Assembly (NCBI RefSeq): GCF_055900595.2
Contig: NZ_CM148325.1
DNA: 64,000 bases
Reading direction: 5' to 3' (one strand)
The position numbers were made by a program, and so were the translations under genes. Below, piece by piece: positions 53,496 to 64,000 of this stretch (position 1 is the first letter of the stretch; each line of letters opens with the position of its first letter). The notes under the pieces are model-generated. The model saw nothing but the letters and a program-made list of their open reading frames with translations. It was not told the origin of the DNA and made no database searches.

Positions 53496-54542
53496 ATGGA
53501 TACATCCCTGTCTGACCCTGTTTCGGCGGAATGCCCCTGCGGCCCGGATCTGGAGTACGATCCCGAGTACCTGCTGCTGTTCACCCGCGCCGCACCGCGT
53601 GAAGAAGCGCAATATGGCGATTTTGTCAGTACGCCGGAAATCATTAACTGGGCGGAGCTTGAGCGGGATGCCCGCCGCCTGCTGACGCGCAGTAAAGATA
53701 TCCGTATTCTGGTTGTCCTGCTGCGCTGCCGTATCCAGCAGGCCGGTGCCAGGGGACTGGCGGAGGTACTCACGCTGCTGGAAACGTTGTGCGCCACGTA
53801 CCCGGACGCCATCCACCCGCAACTGCTCGCGACTGAAGATATCACCGCCGAAGAGGCGGCTGTGGCACGCAGTAACGCGCTGGCGGCGTTGCTGGACCAC
53901 GAAGGCGTAATGGCGGATATCCGGGGTATCACGCTGTCAAATAATGTCGCCATGCGCCTTCAGGTACGGGATGTGGAGCGTTCGCTGTCTGCATCACGCC
54001 CGGCGGATGCGCTGGCACCGGAATCGGTACGCCAGCAACTGGCCGACCTGGAAGCGCGCGGCGCACTGCCACTTGACGCCTTTCGCCAGGCCGCAGAGAC
54101 CACTGAGCGGCTGCAACGCCATGCGCGTGAAACGCTGAATGAACAGGCACCGAACCTATCCCGTCTGACACAATTGCTGGCTCTGTTGCCGGGAGCGATA
54201 CGGACCACCACGCCGGAGATCCTGCCACAACCAGTGGTTGAACAGCCGGAGAGCACCGCCATCGTTCATACTGAACAGATATCGTCAGAGCAGATTGCGC
54301 TACCGGTGCATATCGCGGAGGAAATATCACCGATGTCCGGCGCAGAACCCAGGCAGATCCGCGACCGGAACGACGCGCTGGAACGCCTGCGTGTCATCCG
54401 TCGCTGGTTTGAGCACAGCGAACCGAGCAGCCCGACCATTCCTTTGCTGCGCCAGGCAGAGCGCCTGGTCGGAAAACGCTTCTCGGAGGTTATAAATGAA
54501 ATTCCAGTAGAACTGCTGGAAAAATGGGATGCGCTGGAGTAA
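53496..54542 (+). CDS. tssA: T6SS TssA-like protein (ImpA N-terminal domain)
   Basis: 348-aa ORF with ImpA_N-like N-terminus; last gene before aspV. Confidence 0.75.
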   Translation: MDTSLSDPVSAECPCGPDLEYDPEYLLLFTRAAPREEAQYGDFVSTPEIINWAELERDARRLLTRSKDIRILVVLLRCRIQQAGARGLAEVLTLLETLCATYPDAIHPQLLATEDITAEEAAVARSNALAALLDHEGVMADIRGITLSNNVAMRLQVRDVERSLSASRPADALAPESVRQQLADLEARGALPLDAFRQAAETTERLQRHARETLNEQAPNLSRLTQLLALLPGAIRTTTPEILPQPVVEQPESTAIVHTEQISSEQIALPVHIAEEISPMSGAEPRQIRDRNDALERLRVIRRWFEHSEPSSPTIPLLRQAERLVGKRFSEVINEIPVELLEKWDALE

Positions 54543-54547
54543 CAGAA

Positions 54548-54580
54548 GTGGCCAGAATTTATAATGTCTGGCCATTTTTT
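54548..54580 (+). terminator. Rho-independent terminator after the tssA-like gene
   Basis: Hairpin tggccagaatttataatgtctggcca followed by tttttt. Confidence 0.75.
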
Positions 54581-54674
54581 AAATCATATTCGTTTTACTT
54601 CCTGAGTGAAAAAATTCTCGCTTCACCAAAACGACGAAAGCCCGAATCATTACTGATTCGGGCTTTCTGAATAT

Positions 54675-54751
54675 TGGCGGAACGGACGGGACTCGAACCC
54701 GCGACCCCCTGCGTGACAGGCAGGTATTCTAACCGACTGAACTACCGCTCC
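54675..54751 (-). tRNA. aspV: tRNA-Asp (GUC)
   Basis: Exact reverse complement of the E. coli tRNA-Asp sequence as remembered; downstream of dnaQ; T6SS island abuts its 3' end. Confidence 0.95.
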
Positions 54752-54883
54752 GCGTTGTGTTCCGTTGGGAACGAGGCGAATATTACGGATTGCCTCACCC
54801 TTCGTCAACGGTTTTTCTCATCTTTTGAATCGTTTGCTGCAAAAATCGCCCAAGTCGCTATTTTTAGCGCCTTTTACAGGTAT

Positions 54884-55615
54884 TTATGCCCGCCAGAGGC
54901 AGCTTCCGCCCTTTTTCTGCACCAGATCGAGACGGGCTTCATGTGCCGCAAGCTCTTCATCTGTCGCAAAAACAACGCGTAACTTACTTGCCTGACGCAC
55001 AATGCGCTGAATTGTTGTTTCACCTTGTTGCTGCTGTGTCTCTCCTTCCATCGCAAAAGCCATCGACGTTTGACCACCGGTCATCGCCAGATAAACTTCC
55101 GCAAGGATCTGGGCATCGAGTAATGCCCCGTGCAGCGTTCGTTTACTGTTATCTATTTCGTAGCGGGCACATAACGCATCGAGGCTGTTACGTTTACCGG
55201 GAAACATTTTCCTCGCCACCGCAAGGCTATCGGTGACCTTACAGAAGGTATTGGTCTTCGGAATATCGCGCTTAAGTAACGAGAACTCGTAGTCCATAAA
55301 GCCGATATCGAACGCTGCGTTATGGATCACCAACTCAGCGCCGCGAATATAGTCCATGAACTCATCGGCTACCTCGGCAAACGTGGGCTTATCGAGCAAA
55401 AACTCATCGGCAATACCATGTACGCCAAAGGCTTCAGGATCCACCAGCCGATCGGGTTTGAGATAAACATGGAAGTTATTGCCCGTCAGACGACGGTTCA
55501 CTACTTCAACGGCACCAATCTCAATGATCTTGTGGCCTTCATAGTGCGCACCAATCTGGTTCATGCCGGTGGTTTCGGTATCGAGAACGATCTGGCGTGT
55601 AATTGCAGTGCTCAT
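54884..55615 (-). CDS. dnaQ: DNA polymerase III epsilon subunit (3'-5' proofreading exonuclease)
   Basis: Start set at [20 protein letters not shown]... (243 aa). Confidence 0.95.
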
Positions 55616-55679
55616 AGCGGTCATTTATGTCAGACTTGTCGTTTTACAGTTCGATTCAATTACAGGAAGTCTACCAGAG

Positions 55680-56147
55680 ATGCTTAAACAGGTAGAAATT
55701 TTCACCGATGGTTCGTGTCTGGGTAATCCTGGACCTGGTGGTTACGGCGCTATTTTACGCTATCGCGGACGCGAGAAAACCTTTAGCGCTGGCTACACCC
55801 GCACCACCAACAACCGTATGGAGTTGATGGCCGCTATTGTCGCGCTGGAGGCGTTAAAAGAACATTGCGAAGTCATTTTGAGTACCGACAGCCAGTATGT
55901 CCGCCAGGGTATCACCCAGTGGATCCATAACTGGAAAAAACGTGGCTGGAAAACAGCAGACAAAAAACCAGTAAAAAATGTCGATCTCTGGCAACGTCTT
56001 GATGCTGCATTGGGGCAGCATCAAATCAAATGGGAATGGGTTAAAGGCCATGCCGGACACCCGGAAAACGAACGCTGTGATGAACTGGCTCGTGCTGCGG
56101 CGATGAATCCCACACTGGAAGATACAGGCTATCAAGTCGAAGTTTAA
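55680..56147 (+). CDS. rnhA: Ribonuclease HI
   Basis: Start set at internal [26 protein letters not shown]... (155 aa); divergent from dnaQ. Confidence 0.95.
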
Positions 56148-56884
56148 GCCTGTGGTTTACGACATTGCCGGGTGGCACCAACCGCCTGGCGAATTCGTGG
56201 CTTGTTTTTACTCTGTTTCATCGGATTTAGCGTTAAAGGAATAGTCCGTTTCCGGGCAACGATAAGTTGTAAGCAACCAAGCGCAGGAATATGCGCATTC
56301 AATAGTTTTCCACCGTGTTTGTTCCACGGGAGAACGTGGAAACGGCTGGCGTGCAGCACTTCAAAATTCAACAAAGAGAGCCAGTCCAGTTGCCGCATCA
56401 GAGTAAACATCCGGCTGTTATAGGGCGAGTTTTTTCGCAATACCGGCACAAGTTTGCGTAATCCCATTAAACTGATGGGATTGAAGCCGCTAATGACCAA
56501 CCAACCATCATCAATCAATACCCGATCGGCTTCACGTAATAAACGATGCGGATCGGTGCACCACGGCAATGTATGTGCCAATAGACAAACATCAACGGAT
56601 TTATCGGCAAAAGGAAGATGAAGTGGGTCCGCCTGTACCTGGACGGGCATTCCTTGCGCAGAAACATTCACTTGATGAGAAACCGCGCACGCTTCGCAAT
56701 TGATTTCTGCGCTTAAATTGCCAATCTTAAGCAGATGAAAACCATACATTTTAGTGAACCACGGGTTGAGCTGGCGCTCCAGCGCTTTGCGATAAAGCTC
56801 TCCCCAGGGCAAATCGCCCCAGCGATCAGGAGCCACGACAGTTTGAGGGACTCTTGCCGGTTTCATCACAACCTTCCGTTTCAC
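56144..56884 (-). CDS. yafS: SAM-dependent methyltransferase-like protein YafS
   Basis: 246-aa ORF; true start may be the internal Met at 56866 (MKPARVPQT...). Confidence 0.8.
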
Positions 56885-56896
56885 ACTGAGAGGTAA

Positions 56897-57655
<759 letters not shown>

Positions 57656-57726
57656 TAAAACTTTCTTGTCATCGGCTCCGTTCGCCGTTATGATCGGTCG
57701 TCTTTTAAGCAACTATTGACACACAC

Positions 57727-59085
57727 ATGAAGGCAAAAGCGATATTACTCGCCTCTGTCCTGCTCGTGGGTTGCCAGAGTACCGGCAACGTTCAACAGCA
57801 CGCACAGAGCCTTTCTGCAGCTGGTCAAGGGGAAGCAGCAAAGTTTACAAGTCAGGCACGATGGATGGACGATGGGACGTCTATCGCGCCAGATGGTGAC
57901 TTGTGGGCTTTCATTGGCGACGAGCTAAAGATGGGAATTCCGGAAAATGACCGGATTCGCGAACAGAAACAGAAATATTTACGCAATAAGAGCTATCTCC
58001 ACGATGTAACTTTACGGGCAGAGCCGTATATGTACTGGATAGCCGGGCAAGTTAAAAAACGTAACATGCCTATGGAACTGGTACTACTACCCATAGTGGA
58101 GAGCGCTTTTGATCCTCACGCAACGTCTGGCGCCAATGCCGCAGGCATCTGGCAGATCATTCCGAGCACGGGGCGCAATTATGGTTTGAAACAGACCCGT
58201 AATTATGACGCGCGTCGCGATGTTGTTGCTTCAACAACTGCCGCGCTGAACATGATGCAGCGTCTGAACAAGATGTTTGACGGCGACTGGCTTCTGACCG
58301 TAGCGGCTTATAACAGCGGCGAAGGTCGGGTCATGAAGGCAATTAAAACGAACAAAGCGCGTGGGAAATCCACGGACTTCTGGTCATTACCATTGCCGCA
58401 GGAAACGAAGCAATACGTGCCTAAAATGCTGGCATTGAGTGATATTCTCAAAAACAGCAAGCGTTATGGTGTACGTCTGCCAACGACTGATGAAAGCCGT
58501 GCTCTGGCGCGTGTGCACCTGAGCAGCCCGGTTGAAATGGCGAAGGTTGCAGATATGGCGGGGATTTCCGTCAGCAAGCTGAAGACATTCAACGCTGGCG
58601 TGAAAGGCTCCACGCTGGGCGCAAGTGGCCCGCAGTACGTGATGGTGCCAAAGAAGCATGCAGATCAACTGCGTGAATCTCTGGCTTCTGGCGAAATTGC
58701 TGCCGTACAGTCGACACTGGTTGCCGACAATACGCCGCTTAACAGCCGTGTTTACACCGTACGCTCTGGCGACACGCTTTCAAGCATCGCTTCACGTCTC
58801 GGCGTAAGCACCAAAGATTTGCAGCAGTGGAACAAACTGCGGGGATCTAAGCTGAAAGCAGGCCAAAGTTTGACGATTGGCGCAGGTAGTAGCGCACAGC
58901 GGTTGGCAAACAACAGCGATAGCATTACGTATCGTGTACGCAAAGGCGATTCGCTTTCAAGCATTGCTAAACGCCACGGCGTGAACATCAAAGATGTGAT
59001 GCGCTGGAACAGCGACACTGCGAATCTGCAACCAGGCGATAAGCTGACGTTGTTTGTGAAAAACAACAACATGCCAGATTCCTGA
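57727..59085 (+). CDS. mltD: Membrane-bound lytic murein transglycosylase D (LysM-containing lipoprotein)
   Basis: 452-aa ORF with lipoprotein signal (LLVGCQS), SLT-like domain and C-terminal LysM repeats. Confidence 0.95.
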   Translation: MKAKAILLASVLLVGCQSTGNVQQHAQSLSAAGQGEAAKFTSQARWMDDGTSIAPDGDLWAFIGDELKMGIPENDRIREQKQKYLRNKSYLHDVTLRAEPYMYWIAGQVKKRNMPMELVLLPIVESAFDPHATSGANAAGIWQIIPSTGRNYGLKQTRNYDARRDVVASTTAALNMMQRLNKMFDGDWLLTVAAYNSGEGRVMKAIKTNKARGKSTDFWSLPLPQETKQYVPKMLALSDILKNSKRYGVRLPTTDESRALARVHLSSPVEMAKVADMAGISVSKLKTFNAGVKGSTLGASGPQYVMVPKKHADQLRESLASGEIAAVQSTLVADNTPLNSRVYTVRSGDTLSSIASRLGVSTKDLQQWNKLRGSKLKAGQSLTIGAGSSAQRLANNSDSITYRVRKGDSLSSIAKRHGVNIKDVMRWNSDTANLQPGDKLTLFVKNNNMPDS

Positions 59086-59100
59086 CAAACCAGATAATAA

Positions 59101-59132
59101 AAAGGCACCGATTCCCCCGGTGCCTTTTTTAT
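59101..59132. terminator. Bidirectional terminator between mltD and yafE
   Basis: Hairpin aaaggcaccg...cggtgcctttttt. Confidence 0.7.
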
Positions 59133-59903
59133 TTATGCTGCTTTATGTGCTTCTACCATGATGATATCACTGGTGAAAGAGCCATCATTCTGCAAGGCAA
59201 AATACGTTTTCACCTCTGTCGATGCGCTCTGTTGGTAAACGCGAATAGCGTCTACTAACGTTTCTGGCGTACGCATTCTCGCGACCCATGAAGAAAATTC
59301 CAGCGGTAACTTATCTGTAATTAAATTATCAACTATCAGATTGGCTTCATTGATTAACGCCAACCACTCACCGCAGGCGTAATTACGCACATGTGATGTA
59401 TCGCGTAACGCTTCTACCGTCTGTAACCAGATATCACGTACCGGATGTCCTGGCGACATGACGTCCATCACAATCAGCTTACCGCCAGGTTTCAATATCC
59501 GATTCACTTCACGCAGTGCTGCACCAACATCATGCCAGTGATGGGCAGAATAACGGCTGATAACAATATCAAATGCGTTATCGGCAAATGGCAGACTTTC
59601 GGCATATCCCTGGCGGGTGGTGATATTTTTCAGTTGCCGGGCTTCGGCAGCTTGTGCCACGACATCCAGCATATGGGCAGATAAGTCATACGCCACCACC
59701 GTGCTCACGTTTTGCGCAGCGACAAAGCTGGCATGCCCTGCTCCGCAGCCCATATCAAGTACACTTGCATCAGGATAATCAGCCAGACGCTCCGCCAGGC
59801 GCTGTAAATCTCGTCCGGATGCATGTACGGTACTGGTCAGATATTCGCTGGCTTGAGAGCTAAACTGCTTTTCTACGTGGTCATGGTGGGATTGTGTTGT
59901 CAT
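59133..59903 (-). CDS. yafE: Class I SAM-dependent methyltransferase YafE
   Basis: 256-aa ORF with methyltransferase motif VLDMGCGAGH. Confidence 0.85.
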   Translation of the reverse strand: MTTQSHHDHVEKQFSSQASEYLTSTVHASGRDLQRLAERLADYPDASVLDMGCGAGHASFVAAQNVSTVVAYDLSAHMLDVVAQAAEARQLKNITTRQGYAESLPFADNAFDIVISRYSAHHWHDVGAALREVNRILKPGGKLIVMDVMSPGHPVRDIWLQTVEALRDTSHVRNYACGEWLALINEANLIVDNLITDKLPLEFSSWVARMRTPETLVDAIRVYQQSASTEVKTYFALQNDGSFTSDIIMVEAHKAA

Positions 59904-59980
59904 TGCGCTGTCCTTTTGTTATTTGAGTATAAAAGGGCAGCGCCAAACGTTGGTCTGCCCTGTGGCAGACCTGACATACC

Positions 59981-60832
<852 letters not shown>

Positions 60833-61021
60833 CTACTGTTATAGGGATTTTAGCTCACTCTTTCAACGAGCAATTGTATATTGTTATGTAAGCAAGTGCT
60901 TACACCGGTCAGAAATTTGCTCATTATTGAGAACATTAAATCGGATGACATATCACGCATCCCGATGGTTTAATGACAAATAAATTCAAAATATCTCATC
61001 TATTTTGCAACAGGAGCAAAA

Positions 61022-61936
61022 ATGAAAGCCACGTCGGAAGAACTCGCCATTTTTGTTTCGGTCGTCGAAAGCGGCAGCTTTAGCCGGGCAGCGGAACAAT
61101 TAGGGCAAGCAAACTCAGCGGTAAGCCGGGCGGTGAAAAAGCTGGAGATGAAACTTGGCGTTAGCCTGCTTAATCGGACCACGCGGCAACTTAGCCTGAC
61201 GGAAGAAGGCGAGCGTTATTTTCGTCGCGTACAGTCAATTTTGCAGGAGATGGCAGCGGCAGAATCAGAAATTATGGAGACGCGTAATACGCCGCGTGGA
61301 CTGTTACGGATCGATGCTGCAACCCCTGTGGTGCTGCACTTCCTGATGCCGTTGATTAAGCCTTTCCGTGAACGCTATCCGGAAGTCACTTTATCGCTAG
61401 TCTCCTCCGAAACGATTATTAATTTGATTGAACGAAAAGTGGATGTCGCGATTCGCGCTGGTACGTTAACAGATTCCAGCTTACGAGCCAGGCCATTGTT
61501 TAACAGTTATCGAAAAATTATCGCCTCCCCCGATTATATTTCCCGCTACGGGAAGCCAGAAACGATCGACGATTTAAAGCAACATGTTTGCCTGGGATTC
61601 ACTGAACCCGCTTCCCTCAATACCTGGCCGATAGCCTGTAGTGATGGACAATTACATGAGGTAAAGTACGGTTTGTCATCCAATAGTGGGGAAACACTGA
61701 AACAGCTTTGCCTGAGTGGCAACGGGATTGCGTGTTTGTCCGACTACATGATCGACAGAGAAATCGCTCGCGGAGAATTGGTGGAGTTAATGGCAGATAA
61801 AGTGTTGCCAGTGGAAATGCCATTCAGTGCAGTCTATTACAGCGACCGTGCGGTAAGTACGCGCATCCGGGCTTTTATCGATTTCCTTAGCGAGCATGTA
61901 AAAACAGCTCCCAGAGGAGCTGTCAGAGAGGCTTAA
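61022..61936 (+). CDS. yafC: LysR-family transcriptional regulator YafC
   Basis: 304-aa ORF with N-terminal HTH and LysR substrate-binding domain; divergent from yafD. Confidence 0.9.
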   Translation: MKATSEELAIFVSVVESGSFSRAAEQLGQANSAVSRAVKKLEMKLGVSLLNRTTRQLSLTEEGERYFRRVQSILQEMAAAESEIMETRNTPRGLLRIDAATPVVLHFLMPLIKPFRERYPEVTLSLVSSETIINLIERKVDVAIRAGTLTDSSLRARPLFNSYRKIIASPDYISRYGKPETIDDLKQHVCLGFTEPASLNTWPIACSDGQLHEVKYGLSSNSGETLKQLCLSGNGIACLSDYMIDREIARGELVELMADKVLPVEMPFSAVYYSDRAVSTRIRAFIDFLSEHVKTAPRGAVREA

Positions 61937-62736
61937 TCCCATTCAGGAGCCAGACCTGCCGGGCTAACCAGGCGGTCGTTGCAATCCAGTGCGGCGATCG
62001 CTTTTTTATCTTCGGCATCAAACTGTAAATTTTGTGCCTTAAGATTACTCTCCAGGTTTTCACGTTTAGTAGAAGAAGGAATTACTGAGTAACCTTCCCC
62101 CATAGCCCACGCCAGAATCACTTGTGCCGGAGTCGCATTGTGTTTAGCTGCGATACGAGCAATAACCTCATTTTTCAGTGCATTACCATAAGCCAGCGTC
62201 ATATAGGAAGTAATATGGATGCCGTGCTGTTTAGCCCAATCAACCACTTTACGGTTTTGCAGATAAGGAGAGAGTTCAATCTGGTTAGTAGCGATGTTTT
62301 CAGCGCCAACAGCAGCAATCGCTTTTTCCATCAATGGGATCGTGAAGTTGGAAATACCGATCTCACGCGTCAGACCTTGTTTTTTCGCTTCCAGCAGCGC
62401 CTGCATAAACTCTTCAACAGAGACTTCATCGTTTGGTGACGGCCAGTGGATTAGCGTCAGATCAACATAATCGGTACGCAATTTTTGCAGGCTCTCTTTC
62501 AGACTTGGGGTCAATTTATCTTTGCTGAGATTTTCAATCCAGATTTTAGTGGTGATGTAGAGTTCATTACGTGGCACGCCACTTTCTGCAATCGCCTGAC
62601 CTACTGCGGCTTCGTTATCATAGATTTGTGCGGTATCAATTGCGCGATAACCAAGTTCAAGCGCCGTTTTCACAGATGAAATAACAACGTCGTCTTTCAG
62701 ACGAAAAGTACCTAAACCAAATGCAGGAATAGCCAT
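61933..62736 (-). CDS. dkgB: 2,5-diketo-D-gluconate reductase B (aldo-keto reductase)
   Basis: 267-aa [24 protein letters not shown]... recognised as DkgB/YafB. Confidence 0.95.
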   Translation of the reverse strand: MAIPAFGLGTFRLKDDVVISSVKTALELGYRAIDTAQIYDNEAAVGQAIAESGVPRNELYITTKIWIENLSKDKLTPSLKESLQKLRTDYVDLTLIHWPSPNDEVSVEEFMQALLEAKKQGLTREIGISNFTIPLMEKAIAAVGAENIATNQIELSPYLQNRKVVDWAKQHGIHITSYMTLAYGNALKNEVIARIAAKHNATPAQVILAWAMGEGYSVIPSSTKRENLESNLKAQNLQFDAEDKKAIAALDCNDRLVSPAGLAPEWD

Positions 62737-62894
62737 AATATGCCTCTTTTAATGCTATGTTCGTTAACTGAGATGATTATGGACTTTAGACTGTTGCGGA
62801 AAAAGGGCATAAAATGCAGAGGATTTTTGCAATTATGGCAACAATAAACATACAGACGAAAATAAATATCCTCCGGCATAGCCGGAGGTTTTTC

Positions 62895-63530
62895 AAATGC
62901 GCCTGTAAGGCTCTGTTACCAGCCGCGCCCTAACAGGCGCATACGATCTGACATTTGCATTCAACTTCGTTACTTACGGCCCGTAAACGGGCTGCCCGGA
63001 TATGGAATCGATAACTGCTCCCCCATTTTATCCTCTTCAAGCTGGTGCTTTATGTAGTCCTGTATCTTCGCCGTGTTCTTACCCACCGTATCGACATAGT
63101 ACCCTCGGCACCAGAACTCCCTGTTTCTGTATTTGAATTTCAAATCCCCAAACTGCTCGTAAAGCATCAGACTGCTTTTCCCTTTCAGATATCCCATAAA
63201 GCCGGATACGCTCATTTTGGGTGGGATTTCCACAAGCATATGGATATGATCTGCGCAGCACTCTGCTTCCAGAATCCGTACGCTTTTCCACTCACACAGC
63301 TTTCTCAAAATACTGCCTATCGCCCTACGCTTCTCTCCGTAAAACGCCAGTCTTCGGTATTTCGGCGCAAAAACTATGTGATATTTACAGTTCCAGCGGG
63401 TGTGCGCTAAGCTCTTTTCGTCCCCCATTGGGACCCCCTTTTGATTTCTTGTTTGACACTTGCAGTTGCCAGACCGCAAGGTGTTTTAACAAATCAAAAG
63501 GGGTTTTAATAACTGGCTCAAAGCTGAAAG
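62895..63530 (-). mobile_element. IS200/IS605-family (IS200-like) insertion sequence; boundaries approximate
   Basis: Single small transposase gene with HUH Y1 motifs; stem-loop over the translation start region (ccccttttgatttc...caaatcaaaagggg) and a hairpin near the 3' end. Confidence 0.75.
62970..63428 (-). CDS. tnpA: IS200-family Y1 (HUH) transposase TnpA
   Basis: Start set at MGDEKSLAHTRWNCKYHIVFAPKYRR...; HxH motif in ADHIHMLVEIPP. Confidence 0.85.
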   Translation of the reverse strand: MGDEKSLAHTRWNCKYHIVFAPKYRRLAFYGEKRRAIGSILRKLCEWKSVRILEAECCADHIHMLVEIPPKMSVSGFMGYLKGKSSLMLYEQFGDLKFKYRNREFWCRGYYVDTVGKNTAKIQDYIKHQLEEDKMGEQLSIPYPGSPFTGRK

Positions 63531-63535
63531 CTTTC

Positions 63536-63606
63536 CGGAACCCCCAGCCTAGCCGGGGGTTTTCTGTGCACAAAAAAACCTCGAGCGTTAACTCGAGGCT
63601 TCTTAA
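63536..63606 (-). terminator. rrnH operon terminator hairpins downstream of aspU
   Basis: Minus-strand hairpin gcctcgagttaacgctcgaggc + T-run, followed by a second hairpin aaacccccggctaggctgggggtt. Confidence 0.75.
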
Positions 63607-63610
63607 TAAG

Positions 63611-63687
63611 TGGCGGAACGGACGGGACTCGAACCCGCGACCCCCTGCGTGACAGGCAGGTATTCTAACCGACTGAACTACCGCTCC
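63611..63687 (-). tRNA. aspU: tRNA-Asp (GUC), distal gene of the rrnH operon
   Basis: Second exact copy of the tRNA-Asp reverse complement, just downstream of the 5S rRNA. Confidence 0.95.
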
Positions 63688-63739
63688 ACCGAATTCTTTT
63701 ACAACCACCGGTTTTATGACCGGCTTACTGCTTAATTTG

Positions 63740-63859
63740 ATGCCTGGCAGTTCCCTACTCTCGCATGGGGAGACCCCACACTACCATCGGCGCTACGGCG
63801 TTTCACTTCTGAGTTCGGCATGGGGTCAGGTGGGACCACCGCGCTAAGGCCGCCAGGCA
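63740..63859 (-). rRNA. rrfH: 5S ribosomal RNA
   Basis: 120-nt match to the E. coli 5S rRNA reverse complement (atgcctggcagttccctactctcgcatgggg...). Confidence 0.95.
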
Positions 63860-63952
63860 AATTCTGTTTCATCAGACCGCTTCTGCGTTCTGATTTAATC
63901 TGTATCAGGCTGAAAATCTTCTCTCAATCCGCCAAAACATCTTCGGCGTTGT

Positions 63953-64000
63953 AAGGTTAAGCCTCACGGTTCATTAGTACCGGTTAGCTCAACGCATCGC
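63953..64000 (-). rRNA. rrlH: 23S ribosomal RNA, 3' end only (gene continues beyond window)
   Basis: aaggttaagcctcacggttcattagtaccggttagctcaacgcatcgc is the reverse complement of the 23S rRNA 3' terminus. Confidence 0.9.

Larger units (their letters stand above)
19345..54674. other. Type VI secretion system genomic island adjacent to the 3' end of tRNA-Asp aspV
   Basis: Continuous block of T6SS core, accessory, effector/immunity and Rhs genes between conserved yafV and aspV; left end marked by an H-repeat fragment. Confidence 0.85.

Overview
This window reads as an Escherichia coli-type chromosomal segment (frsA-gpt-pepD ... dnaQ-aspV ... dkgB-aspU-rrfH-rrlH, in inverted orientation relative to the usual K-12 map) carrying a ~35 kb type VI secretion system (T6SS) island next to the 3' end of tRNA-Asp (aspV), roughly 19.35-54.67 kb. 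All gene calls rest on reading the supplied ORF translations and the raw sequence against remembered protein families; no database search was run. The island holds a full core set (tssA-like, tssB, tssC, hcp, tssE, tssF, tssG, clpV, tssJ, tssK, tssL-OmpA, tssM, tagF, tagH, tagJ, vgrG) plus an effector region that I consider the most interesting part. That region has three effector/immunity cassettes, each preceded by a copy or remnant of the tagF 3' end: a GH73-like putative glycoside hydrolase with a signal-peptide immunity protein, and two divergent paralogous cassettes encoding HExxH-motif putative metallopeptidase effectors with signal-peptide immunity proteins (one effector frameshifted). 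It also has a truncated vgrG duplicate fused to an H-repeat remnant, and a vgrG-eagR-PAAR-Rhs module whose Rhs C-terminus looks like a YoeB/RelE-fold toxin, followed by two candidate immunity genes. Outside the island: an apparently intact rtcB-prfH pair; dinB-yafP without yafN-yafO; yafL-yafK without dinJ-yafQ; the lfhA'/lafU' lateral-flagellar deletion scar; an IS110-family remnant split by an IS911-like IS3-family element; rayT flanked by REP arrays; and an IS200-like element between the rrnH terminators and dkgB.
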